Assembly: GCA_036488585.1 (NCBI GenBank)
Contig: DASXHH010000008.1
Location: 3,069-67,068, forward strand
Length of the DNA stretch: 64,000 nt
From: Candidatus Saccharimonadia bacterium
Lineage (GTDB): Bacteria; Patescibacteriota; Saccharimonadia; UBA4664
Direction: 5' to 3'
Part shown: piece by piece, positions 55,620 to 64,000 of the stretch
How the letters are laid out: every line of letters starts with the position of its first letter
Position numbering within the stretch: the first letter of the stretch is position 1
The notes under the pieces: model-generated
Database searches by the model: none
The model's input: the letters and a program-made list of their open reading frames with translations, nothing else
Told to the model about the DNA's origin: nothing
Translations under genes and position numbers: made by a program

Positions 55620-55639
55620 ATTGTAACATAACAGATATG
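55620..55639 (-). promoter_or_regulatory. Predicted promoter/operator of 53506-55593 containing the shared motif CATATCTGTTATGTTA and an extended -10 (TGT-TACAAT)
   Basis: Minus strand reads …CCATATCTGTTATGTTACAATGG… 27-46 nt upstream of the GTG start. The same 16-mer recurs upstream of 55659-57305. Confidence 0.3.
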
Positions 55640-55658
55640 GAGCAACTTGATCCGCAAG

Positions 55659-57305
55659 CTACCATCTCGGTCGTCGACCCTCCTTGGCCCGCCTCTCATT
55701 TTCCAGAATTTTTTCCATTTTTCGTCGCTCATTTTGCATTAGGTCTCGTTGCCGCCCTCTCATAATTTCCCGCTTCTGCTCGTCGGGCTCCTTGTCGATT
55801 TCTTTTTGTTCTTGCCTCCGCACCTTCTCCACTGCCCAGGCCACTGGATCACGCCTGTACGCCTGCGCCATCTGTTTCTCGAGATCGGGATTGTACTCCC
55901 CTTGAACTTGTTCAGAAATATCCCCTGCTTGCGGCGGCTCTTGTTCCGCCGTAATCGGTGGTTCTACTTGTCGGATCTTAGGTTTGGGGTAATACCTGTC
56001 GAATAATCTCCGAATCAATCGGCCGCGACCTCCGGCGGCCTCCCTTATCAGACCATCCGGATCCCTAAACTCGTCTCTCCCTGCCTCATCAACCATCAGC
56101 CCCTCAGCATAATCATCACTGTCGTAGGCATTCTCCACCTCCCAGGCCTGAACCCTGGGATCACCCGAATTCCCTTTTGGTCTCGGTCGCAACTGCGACT
56201 TCCCACTAACCAGTGGCACCAAAGTTCTCTCCCATCCCTCCGCGCTCGCCTGAGTAGGTTCACTGGCAGCCGGCTCCGAACTTGGCTCAGCGGCATCCGT
56301 GGCAATCTTCTTCCTGGGTGCGGTCCGAGTACGATCATGATTGTGCTCCCGGCGGGCTTCATTTAATAATGCCCAAGCCTTCTCCCTCAGTTCCCGATTC
56401 TGAGTAGTTGAAACCAAGCCCCGATCACCATATTCGAACAATCCCTCATAGATAAAGTCATCTAGAATCTGTTTCCAATCCTCACGCGTAGCAGAATCGC
56501 TCTCCTTCAAATCGCTTATCCGCTCCTCAAACGCACCGACCAAACCCTGCAATTCCTCAAGCTTTCCCCCTGAATGCTCAACTTGCCCAGACGCACGTAC
56601 CGCTCGTTCTGCTGTCCTTAGCTCTTGTAAACGCTCTTCAGCCCTACCAAGATCTTCGGTACCTTCACCGAATAAGTCCGCAACCCGGCTCCTCTGCTGT
56701 TCATCGCGCACAAGGATCGTTCTCTCACCCGTATCTTTGTCGCGCCTATACAGACCTTGGGACCGCGCATCAATGATCAAACCCAAAGCTTGTTCTGCTG
56801 TTAGGTCCGGGTGGTCAATCAAATCGGAATACCATTTCAGGAGCTGATCTATTTCTTCACGATCTCCAGGCCGCAAACGAGCCACCATGCGATCAGGATC
56901 AAATTTACTCTTGTATAACCGACGACCTTTCTCGTCCCGCGCTGGTCTCTCCTGTGTCTGGGCTGCAGCTTCTGCCGTGTGGGATTCGGGGTCTCCAGCT
57001 CCGGCTATCGCCGCTCTCGCCTGCTCTGCCTGCTCCGCTTGATTAGCAGCGAGCCTCCGACGTGCCTCTTCAGGCGTAATTATCTCATCACGAGATACCA
57101 ACCCAAGTGCTTGCACCAATCCCATTATCCGAGCATTATCCTCTTCCCGCTCTGCATCCTCTTGTGCGTCGGTTTCTCCCGCCGCGTTCGCCGTGGCCAT
57201 TGCCCGAAGCTTGTCTTCTAAATCGTCAGGAATATTTAGCTGGTGCGTTAAGTGCTCCTGGTCCCCACTATCATTCACTTCTCCAGGATTACGGTTCGAC
57301 ACCAC
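55659..57305 (-). CDS. Large (548 aa) hyper-charged cytoplasmic hypothetical protein; GTG start
   Basis: Composition and style match 53506-55593 (E/R/D-rich, coiled-coil-prone). Start codon GTG at 57303-57305, with SD TGGAGTGG adjacent. Confidence 0.5.
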   Translation of the reverse strand: MVSNRNPGEVNDSGDQEHLTHQLNIPDDLEDKLRAMATANAAGETDAQEDAEREEDNARIMGLVQALGLVSRDEIITPEEARRRLAANQAEQAEQARAAIAGAGDPESHTAEAAAQTQERPARDEKGRRLYKSKFDPDRMVARLRPGDREEIDQLLKWYSDLIDHPDLTAEQALGLIIDARSQGLYRRDKDTGERTILVRDEQQRSRVADLFGEGTEDLGRAEERLQELRTAERAVRASGQVEHSGGKLEELQGLVGAFEERISDLKESDSATREDWKQILDDFIYEGLFEYGDRGLVSTTQNRELREKAWALLNEARREHNHDRTRTAPRKKIATDAAEPSSEPAASEPTQASAEGWERTLVPLVSGKSQLRPRPKGNSGDPRVQAWEVENAYDSDDYAEGLMVDEAGRDEFRDPDGLIREAAGGRGRLIRRLFDRYYPKPKIRQVEPPITAEQEPPQAGDISEQVQGEYNPDLEKQMAQAYRRDPVAWAVEKVRRQEQKEIDKEPDEQKREIMRGRQRDLMQNERRKMEKILENERRAKEGRRPRW

Positions 57306-57326
57306 ACCACTCCAATAATTATTTGG

Positions 57327-57346
57327 AGTATAACATAACAGATATG
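57327..57346 (-). promoter_or_regulatory. Predicted promoter/operator of 55659-57305 containing the shared motif CATATCTGTTATGTTA and -10 TATACT
   Basis: Minus strand reads …CATATCTGTTATGTTATACTCC… 22-41 nt upstream of the start. Confidence 0.3.
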
Positions 57347-57353
57347 AGCAGAC

Positions 57354-57683
57354 TTATATTTTCTTGAGTAGCCGGTCAATTTCGGCTGCGTACTCGCCGC
57401 CGGTGTCACGCTTAAAGTTCAGTCGCGGCACAAACTTGGTGGTCATATTAGCAGCCACCGCCTCCTGCAGCTCACGACGCTCGCGCTCAATATGAGCCCA
57501 CAACGCGTCTTGAGCCGCACTGTCGCCCAGCATCCCAATCCACACCACCGCCGACCGCAAGTCCGGCGCCGCATCCACCCGCGTCACCGTCACCGCCGCC
57601 GCATCACGATCCAGCAGCTGTACCAGCGCCGTCGCCACCACCTGTTGGATCAGGCTCTCAACCTTTGCAACCCGTTGTGTCAT
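57354..57683 (-). CDS. rbfA: Ribosome-binding factor A
   Basis: 109-aa KH-like protein, [24 protein letters not shown]…. Conserved position immediately downstream of infB (1-nt overlap). Confidence 0.8.
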   Translation of the reverse strand: MTQRVAKVESLIQQVVATALVQLLDRDAAAVTVTRVDAAPDLRSAVVWIGMLGDSAAQDALWAHIERERRELQEAVAANMTTKFVPRLNFKRDTGGEYAAEIDRLLKKI

Positions 57684-59455
57684 TACAGTCTCCGGGCTTT
57701 GGTCTCAACGGTGTAAAATTCTATGTTATCGCCCAGCTCAATCGCAGTCCCTGTGGCCACGTTCATGCCGCAGGTCTCACCTTCAAAGGCTTCCTTGGCC
57801 ACCTGCTTGTCCTTCTGCAGGCTGTCGAGCGTGCCCTCGCCAATCACTTCGCCACCCCGTTTCATGCGCAGCTTCAGTTTCGGCTCAATCCGGCCCATTG
57901 TCACAGTGCCACCACAAACCACATGCGTCTTGGTGATCTTAAACACACCCTTAATCTCGAGCTCACCCACCACTGTCTCAATCACTTCAGGTTCCAACAT
58001 CTGGCTCAAAGCATCGCGCAGGTCATCTGTCAGCTCGTAAATCACCTTATACAATCGCACATGTACGCCCTCGCGGTTGGCCAGAGCTTTCAGGTTCGAG
58101 TTTAGACTCACGTTAAAACCAATCATGAGCGCACCTGCCGTCTTGGCAAACGCAATATCCGACTCCGCAATGTCACCCACCGCCGAGCTCACCACCTTTA
58201 CCGCCACCTCATCGTTGCGCAACTGTTCGCAAGCCTCAAGCAGCGACTCCAGCGAGCCCTGAGTGTCAGCCTTAAGTACCACGTTTAGTTCCTTCACGTT
58301 GCCGGCTGAAATTGCCGCTGACAACTGCGAAGCATCAATTTTCTTAATACCCAGCGACTTGGCCTGCTCTCGGCGCACCACCGCCGCAGCTGCATCACGT
58401 GCCTCTTTCTCGCTGCTTACCGCCCTAAATAGGTCGCCAAACGACGGCACGGCCTTGAAGCCCATCACCACTGCCGGCATACCCGGATCGGCCTTCTGGA
58501 TTCGCTTGCCGCGGAAGTCGCCCAGGCTGCGCACCTTGGCATAGGTAGAACCCGCCACCAAGTAGTCGCCCACCCCGAGTTGGCCGTTTTGCATTAGCAG
58601 TGTCGCCACCGGTCCCTTGCCCGGATCGAGATGGCTCTCAATGATCTGCCCCTCGGCTGGACCATCCGGACGTGCGCGCAGGTCCTCAATGTCGGCCACC
58701 AGCAGTACTACGTCCACCAACTTATCAATATTCTCGCCACTCCGTGCCGACACGTCCACCATCGGCACGTCGCCGCCCCATTCCTCGGGCACCAGCTGCA
58801 GCTCCGAGAGCTCCTGGCGCACGCGGTTTGGATCGGCCCCTTCCTTATCAATCTTGTTCACCGCCACCACAATCTGCACACCCGCCTCCTGTGCGTGCCG
58901 AATGGCTTCTTTGGTTTGCGGCTTCACGCCGTCGTCGGCGGCCACTACGATAATCGCCACGTCGGTCATTCGGGCACCATGCTGCCGCAGTGCCGAAAAC
59001 GCCTCGTGACCCGGCGTGTCGATAAACGTAATCCAGCGGTCGCCACGCTTAATCTGGTAGGCGCCGATGTGCTGGGTAATACCGCCAGCCTCCTTCTCGG
59101 CCACGTGGCTGGAACGAATCGCATCCAAGAGCGAGGTCTTGCCGTGGTCTACGTGGCCCATCACCGCCACAATCGGCGGCCGCGATGCACCTTCACCTTC
59201 GGCCAGCTTAGTCTTGGCAGCCGGCCGCTCGGGCTCCTCCCGTTTCTCTTCCTCGATCTCAAAACCTAACTCCGAACCAATAATCGCAGCGGTATCATAA
59301 TCGATCCGCTCATTAATAGTGGCCATCACGCCATTTTTCATCAGTTCACCAATCACCCGCGTTACCGGCAGGCCCAATTTCTCGGCAAACTCGCCCACCC
59401 CGATTACCTCGGGGATGGCAATTAACTGTGCTTGTTTTAACGTCTTTTCGGCCAT
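57683..59455 (-). CDS. infB: Translation initiation factor IF-2
   Basis: G-domain motifs ([17 protein letters not shown]; DTPGHEAF; NKID), then the beta-barrel and C-terminal domains. Short N-terminal region, 590 aa. Confidence 0.9.
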   Translation of the reverse strand: MAEKTLKQAQLIAIPEVIGVGEFAEKLGLPVTRVIGELMKNGVMATINERIDYDTAAIIGSELGFEIEEEKREEPERPAAKTKLAEGEGASRPPIVAVMGHVDHGKTSLLDAIRSSHVAEKEAGGITQHIGAYQIKRGDRWITFIDTPGHEAFSALRQHGARMTDVAIIVVAADDGVKPQTKEAIRHAQEAGVQIVVAVNKIDKEGADPNRVRQELSELQLVPEEWGGDVPMVDVSARSGENIDKLVDVVLLVADIEDLRARPDGPAEGQIIESHLDPGKGPVATLLMQNGQLGVGDYLVAGSTYAKVRSLGDFRGKRIQKADPGMPAVVMGFKAVPSFGDLFRAVSSEKEARDAAAAVVRREQAKSLGIKKIDASQLSAAISAGNVKELNVVLKADTQGSLESLLEACEQLRNDEVAVKVVSSAVGDIAESDIAFAKTAGALMIGFNVSLNSNLKALANREGVHVRLYKVIYELTDDLRDALSQMLEPEVIETVVGELEIKGVFKITKTHVVCGGTVTMGRIEPKLKLRMKRGGEVIGEGTLDSLQKDKQVAKEAFEGETCGMNVATGTAIELGDNIEFYTVETKARRL

Positions 59456-59678
59456 CTCTACGCTCTCTTCTTGCTCTTTACTGTCTTCACTATCAATTCA
59501 CTACATTTATCGCTGCAACTATAGTACCCCCGGCCGCCAGCCGTCCGTGTCGGGTCCAAAATGAGGACTCCGTCACGGACGGTCCAGCGATGCAGCTGTA
59601 CCTTTGGTAACTGCCGGCGGCAAATCCGACAGCGTCTCAGTGGTATGTGCGGCCCAGGATTACTGTCGTTGTGGGGTA

Positions 59679-60782
59679 CTATTTCGCGTCAGCCTCGTCA
59701 TCGTCCTTGGCGGACTTTTTGCGGCTCTTTAGGGACAGGCTCAACTTGTGGGCCTCCGGGTCGATCGCGATAATCCGGAACTTCTTGGCTTCACCCAGCT
59801 TCACCAACGTGCTTGGGTCCTCCACATGGGTGTCGGACAGCTCGCTAATGTGTACCAGTGCCTCAATGGCGGGCGTTACCTGCACAAACGCACCAAACGG
59901 AGTGATGCGGGTAATCTTACCTTCCACCTCGTCGCCCACTTTGTACTGAGCGGCATCTTTAAGCCACGGGTCGGGCATCAGCTGCTTCATGCTCAAGCTA
60001 AGCTTATCGCGATCGATCGAGATAATCTTAGCCTGCACCTTGTCACCAACCTTAACGTAGCTGGCGGGGTTGTCGACGCGGTCCCAGGCAATCTCGGAGA
60101 TGTGCACCAGACCCTCCACGCCGTTGACGTTCACGAAGATGCCGAAGTCAACCACGCCGGTCGCCACGCCTTCCACAACGTCACCCACCTTCATCTTGCT
60201 AACCTTACTCTCGGTGTCTTCACGTTTGGCAGCCTTCTCGCTCAAAATGAGCTTGTTGTCGCGACGGTTGACGTCCAATACTCGAACTTCAAGCTGCTTG
60301 CCAACCAAACCGTTCAAGCGATGCAGAATCTCGTCCTTGTCGGCACCGCTCACACGCGGGTAATTCTCAGCCGATAGCTGCGATACTGGCAGGAAGCCGC
60401 GAATACCATCTACCTCAATCAGGAGGCCACCCTTATTGGCATCGAATGCCGATACGCCAAAGACTTCGCCCTTGTTGAAGCGCTCTTCCAAACTCTCCCA
60501 GCCCTTCTCCTTCGCCACTTTCTTGAGGCTCAAGATCGCGTAACCACGGTCGTCCTCAGGATCGAGCACCGAAGCCGAAATCACGTCGCCGGGTTTGATG
60601 TCCTGGCTGTGCTCGATCTCGCGGCCCACTACCAAACCGGTGCCGCGCGCGCCCAAATCCAGCCATACTTCGTGCTTTTCAGCCGCAATCACGGTGCCTT
60701 CCACCACATCGCCAGCCTGCATTGCAGCTACTGGAGCCTCGGCGAGCAAGTCCTCCATCGTTATTTCTTTAGTTGTTGCCAT
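59679..60782 (-). CDS. rpsA: 30S ribosomal protein S1 (four S1 domains)
   Basis: Four tandem S1/OB repeats (…GDVVEGTVIA…, …GEVFGVSAFDANKGGLLIEVDG…, …GDVVEGVATGVVDFGIFVNV…, …GDEVEGKITRITPFGAFVQV…). Confidence 0.8.
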   Translation of the reverse strand: MATTKEITMEDLLAEAPVAAMQAGDVVEGTVIAAEKHEVWLDLGARGTGLVVGREIEHSQDIKPGDVISASVLDPEDDRGYAILSLKKVAKEKGWESLEERFNKGEVFGVSAFDANKGGLLIEVDGIRGFLPVSQLSAENYPRVSGADKDEILHRLNGLVGKQLEVRVLDVNRRDNKLILSEKAAKREDTESKVSKMKVGDVVEGVATGVVDFGIFVNVNGVEGLVHISEIAWDRVDNPASYVKVGDKVQAKIISIDRDKLSLSMKQLMPDPWLKDAAQYKVGDEVEGKITRITPFGAFVQVTPAIEALVHISELSDTHVEDPSTLVKLGEAKKFRIIAIDPEAHKLSLSLKSRKKSAKDDDEADAK

Positions 60783-61051
60783 AGTTTAAGTTTCCGCGCC
60801 CACGCCAATCAGGCGTCCCAAGCGGCGCGTACTTCTCCTTTCAAAAAAAGATTTCACTCTCAATTGGCACTTAAGAGTGATTACTTATATTTTACCTTAA
60901 TTTAAGCTCGCCGTAAACACACGCAGCCCCACCGCACTAATGCGTCTTACACCCTGAAGATGGCATTTTTTGAAGCAATAAATTCGAAGCGCAGTGAGTG
61001 TTGATTCTGATACCGGCTCCCGTGAGAGAGGGATAGCGTTCGCGAACCCTT

Positions 61052-61513
61052 TTAGCGGCGAGCGGCAGCAAACAACGCGCGCTTGGACCGGCGCAGCGCC
61101 AGCGCAGAACCAATCACGGCCGTCACGCCAAGGACCCCACCTACCGGAGCCCCCGTATCAGGCAGCGGAGCGCTCGCCCCAGTTCCACCAGTCTGCGGAA
61201 TATTCGACTGAGCATTGGCCACCTGGCCGCTGGTCGAACCGGACTGCTGCTGGCTACCCTGGATCGAGTTAGCAGTCGGCGACTTCACCGGCGCAGTGTT
61301 AGCAGACGCAGAGCTAGAAGGCGCGGTCGATGTGCTCGACTTTGGCGTGTTCGAGGCCGACGGCAACGTGGTCGCCTTCGCCTGCTGATTCTTCACGTCC
61401 TGGTCATGCTTGAGCTGGTTCTGGCGCTGGGCGTTACCATACGCAAACGTTGCCACTACAATCCCGGCAATCACTACCAAACCGGCAAAAGTTTTAACAG
61501 TATCGCGCTTCAT
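61052..61513 (-). CDS. LPXTG-motif cell-wall-anchored surface protein (sortase substrate), Ser/Thr/Ala-rich
   Basis: N-terminal signal/anchor (FAGLVVIAGIVVATFAYG). Low-complexity S/T/A/Q body. C-terminal LPDTG, then a hydrophobic stretch (APVGGVLGVTAVIGSALAL), then RRSKR. This is the canonical tripartite sorting signal. Confidence 0.6.
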   Translation of the reverse strand: MKRDTVKTFAGLVVIAGIVVATFAYGNAQRQNQLKHDQDVKNQQAKATTLPSASNTPKSSTSTAPSSSASANTAPVKSPTANSIQGSQQQSGSTSGQVANAQSNIPQTGGTGASAPLPDTGAPVGGVLGVTAVIGSALALRRSKRALFAAARR

Positions 61514-61864
61514 ACGCTCTCCTTAATGTATCACTTTTACGCTATTAAACTGTGTTATGCAAGCGTAAGCACAAAATAGCAAGCACGAAAATAGCCTAGC
61601 GTTGCCGAGGAATGGACACCTTGGAGGGAGCCGAGACCCAAGCAACGCCAGGCTATGTTCGCCTGCACTCGATACGAGCGCTGGTTGGGGCTTTGGCCAA
61701 ACACCAAATTGCAAGGAGGTGAGCACTCGCATCTGGAAAGGCAAAACCCCAACACCACTCATCACCCTCACGATCGTGTTCTAATTTAACACATCCATCT
61801 CCAAAAGTCAAATACCAACCACCTTCACTGCTTCAAATCGCTTACGCTATGCCATAATGCAAGC

Positions 61865-62797
61865 ATGACCAAAAAACGCCCAGCTACCACCAAGCGCGGC
61901 CGCCAGGCGCCCCGTTTCGCCGCGCCCCAGCTCACCAAGCCCCGCCTCATCGGCCTAGTCGCAGCCGTGGTCTTGCTACTGATCGGCGTGTATGCGCTAG
62001 CAGCTGTGACCGCCGTTTCGACCTACCAACATCGCCTCGCCTCCGGCTCCTTTATCTTCACAGGCAGCCTCATATTTACCGGCCAAGACTTCCTGTCACC
62101 CATGAACACCAACATGAACTTCAGCGGCACCTACACTCAATCGGACGGCCAGCCCGCCATCAGCACCGAGTTTCTCGGCAGCTGGGCCACTCGCGAATAC
62201 TCCGGCAGCGCCCGCGTTCTCGCCGGCAAGCTCTACTTCGCCCTCAGCAGCCCCGACATGCCAACCGTGCGTTACCGCCAGGGATCATACCTCTATCAGC
62301 TCGAAGCGGGCCGCTGGTACACCGCTAGCCTCGATAACTCCATCTACAACAACGTTTGCGCCAACACCCAGCCGCCAACCGTCGCCTCCAAACTGGAGCT
62401 CTACCGCACCATCAAGCAGCTCAAAATCACACCCTCGCCGTGGGTTAACCTCTGGGCCTCAGTAGGCAATGAGCGCGCCACCCATGTGAGCGGTTCAATA
62501 AGCGGCAGCCAGCTCGCCTCCCTCTGGGACGCTGCTCAAAAGGCCACCCCAGCCGGCTGCACCGATAATACTATTGGGCTCTCGTCCGACGACCTCAAAC
62601 ATTTCACTACCCATCTCGACCTTTACTCTGGCCAGGACGGCACCGATCAGCTCAAAATCACCCTCACCGATAAGACCCTCGGCGCCACTGCCACCCTCAC
62701 CCTCACCACCTCGCACTATGGCCAAGCACCCGGAATTCCAGCCCCAACCGACGCCACCGATCTAGCTAGCCTGTTCGCTCAGTTAGGCTTACACTAA
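61865..62797 (+). CDS. Membrane-anchored extracellular hypothetical protein (310 aa)
   Basis: Basic N-terminus then a TM (LIGLVAAVVLLLIGVYALAAV). The remainder is predicted outside. No domain recognised. Confidence 0.45.
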   Translation: MTKKRPATTKRGRQAPRFAAPQLTKPRLIGLVAAVVLLLIGVYALAAVTAVSTYQHRLASGSFIFTGSLIFTGQDFLSPMNTNMNFSGTYTQSDGQPAISTEFLGSWATREYSGSARVLAGKLYFALSSPDMPTVRYRQGSYLYQLEAGRWYTASLDNSIYNNVCANTQPPTVASKLELYRTIKQLKITPSPWVNLWASVGNERATHVSGSISGSQLASLWDAAQKATPAGCTDNTIGLSSDDLKHFTTHLDLYSGQDGTDQLKITLTDKTLGATATLTLTTSHYGQAPGIPAPTDATDLASLFAQLGLH

Positions 62798-62868
62798 GCC
62801 ATTCCGCTTATGCTCGACACGCAATTTACCACCGAGCTATATTAACTACTAAGCAAATCTACAGGAGG

Positions 62869-63357
62869 GTGAGCTTGGATTTTCTTCGACATTTCTCAGA
62901 TCAAACGTTCGTACCTGGCCGGTATTTTATGTGGTCTCCCAACACTCGTACAATCACATTCGATACTCGCCGCATTAATACCAACAACGGTCGGCTGGCC
63001 TTACTACACGAACTCGGCCACGCCCGTCTCAACCACCGCATTTATAAGTACGACATGGAGCTCCTCCGCATGGAGATGGAGGCCTGGGATATAGCCCGTG
63101 ACCTCGCCCCTGCCGTGGGCGTCAGGATCAACGAAGACCACATCGCCTCCACCATCGCCTCCTACGACGACTGGCTCACCAAGCGCGCCACCTGCCCCGA
63201 TTGCAACAACTTCTCACTCCAACGTGGCCGTGACTCCTACGGCTGCTTCGCCTGCGGTGCCAAATGGGTTGTTAACTGGCGCAAAGATCGCCGCGTAAAG
63301 CGCACCATCGTCTCCCGCTTTGCCGCCGGCATCCCTGACACCACCGCCACCGCCTAA
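62869..63357 (+). CDS. Putative zinc metallopeptidase (HExxH, ImmA/IrrE-like core) fused to a C-terminal Cys4 zinc ribbon
   Basis: LALLHELGHARLNH contains HExxH plus a downstream H. C-terminal CPDCNNF…CFACG is a zinc ribbon. Confidence 0.5.
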   Translation: MSLDFLRHFSDQTFVPGRYFMWSPNTRTITFDTRRINTNNGRLALLHELGHARLNHRIYKYDMELLRMEMEAWDIARDLAPAVGVRINEDHIASTIASYDDWLTKRATCPDCNNFSLQRGRDSYGCFACGAKWVVNWRKDRRVKRTIVSRFAAGIPDTTATA

Positions 63358-63382
63358 TCCTACCAAGCGTTTTCGGCACTAA

Positions 63383-63406
63383 AAAAGACCCCATTGGGTC
63401 TTTTTT
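63383..63406. terminator. Bidirectional rho-independent terminator between convergent genes
   Basis: aaaagaccc(catt)gggtctttt hairpin flanked by A-run and T-run. Confidence 0.65.
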
Positions 63407-63426
63407 AGATCACGGATAAATCCGGA

Positions 63427-63642
63427 TTAAGCAGCCAAATCCATGTCGGCATTGGTCTTGGTGCGGCGCGAAGCCTTACCACCCTTGCGACCAGCCTCAA
63501 CGGCCAGCTCGCGGTTCATTGCGAAGCCACCGCCACGAGAAATCTTACCGCCTTTGCGGCCAATCTGCTCGTAGAAATTGAGACCGTAGCGCTGCTTGTT
63601 AGTTGCGGCGGCCTTCCGGCCACCAGCCTGGGTTCCTGCCAT
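63427..63642 (-). CDS. KGG-repeat stress protein (YciG-like), a fourth family member remote from the tandem array
   Basis: MAGTQAGGRKAAATNKQRYGLNFYEQIGRKGGKISRGGGFAMNRELAVEAGRKGGKAS… carries the (E/Q)AGRKGG repeats. SD GAGGAG 7 nt upstream of ATG 63642. The ORF track extends further 5' to 63714. Confidence 0.6.
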   Translation of the reverse strand: MAGTQAGGRKAAATNKQRYGLNFYEQIGRKGGKISRGGGFAMNRELAVEAGRKGGKASRRTKTNADMDLAA

Positions 63643-63843
63643 AGCTACACTCCTCGTTAAGTTATCCAGATTGTATTCAAATCCGGGTCGTGTCAGCTTT
63701 AGCCTTTCTGCCAAAAAGCTTGTATTAGGGACAAAAACCGTTGGCAGAACTGCTAAACTACTGCTTACGGACGTCAGATTATCACAAATGGCTTATGCTG
63801 TCAATAGTTATTATGCTTCGCGTTGTCTGTTAGAGTTGTTTGC

Positions 63844-64000
63844 ATGAACAACTATCCCCTCCGGCTCATCCTGGCCGACATCCGTAGTACCTACAACGTC
63901 GGCGCCATCCTCCGCACCGCCGACGCTTGCAGCATCGAGCTTGTCTACGCCTGTGGCTATACGCCCTTCCCCGCCATCCCCGGCGACCACCGACCGGCTC
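63844..64000 (+). CDS. SpoU/TrmH-family RNA 2'-O-methyltransferase (5' partial, runs off the window edge)
   Basis: MNNYPLRLILADIRSTYNVGAILRTADACSIELVYACGYTP matches the SpoU methylase N-terminal motif. Confidence 0.5.
   Translation, partial: MNNYPLRLILADIRSTYNVGAILRTADACSIELVYACGYTPFPAIPGDHRPA

Noticed and set aside
63643-63714. 5' extension of the minus-strand KGG gene to 63714
   Set aside because: SD GAGGAG sits 7 nt upstream of the internal ATG at 63642, and the extended N-terminus (MAERLKLTRPGFEYNLDNLTRSVA) has no KGG character. The shorter model is preferred, though the longer one cannot be excluded.

Overview
The window reads as a streamlined, high-GC, monoderm-type bacterial genome: type-2 IleRS behind a T-box leader, FtsA present, an LPXTG protein. 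It resembles CPR/Saccharibacteria more than Actinobacteria, but lineage cannot be settled from sequence alone. About 60% of the window is ordinary housekeeping, mostly on the minus strand: rplU, SEDS FtsW/RodA, ileS, ftsZ-ftsA, map-adk-dgkA-yqeY-rpsU, HIT, hisS, rsh(relA/spoT)-recJ, secDF, priA, def-fmt, rbfA-infB, rpsA. The first ~24 kb is different. It is a dense minus-strand super-cluster of secreted and membrane-anchored proteins, and I think this is the novel system. It holds a 1890-aa fibrous Gly/Thr-rich protein, a 1536-aa Kelch multi-propeller protein, two DUF916-like signal+C-terminal-TM proteins joined by an ATGA overlap, and three paralogous secreted proteins ending in a shared ...YTDTLTVVGAG[Y/N]F tail. 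I read that tail as a divergent WxL-like C-terminal motif, with a fourth paralog at 294-1175. Together these look like a Csc-like (CscA/WxL) cell-surface complex in a non-Firmicute. The cluster is bracketed on the plus strand by two paralogous membrane-anchored beta-helical proteins with C-terminal H-type-lectin-like domains. Other notable items: a tandem array of KGG-repeat stress proteins plus a DUF2795 protein, with a further KGG gene at the far end; two large hyper-charged cytoplasmic paralog-like proteins sharing a 16-nt upstream motif; a strong orphan plus-strand promoter with a palindrome and a small ORF opposite ftsW; and an HExxH/zinc-ribbon peptidase-like orphan. I recognised no rRNA or CRISPR, and the few intergenic stretches I hand-checked for tRNA were negative. 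Coordinates and frames follow the supplied ORF track, adjusted where I could verify start codons.
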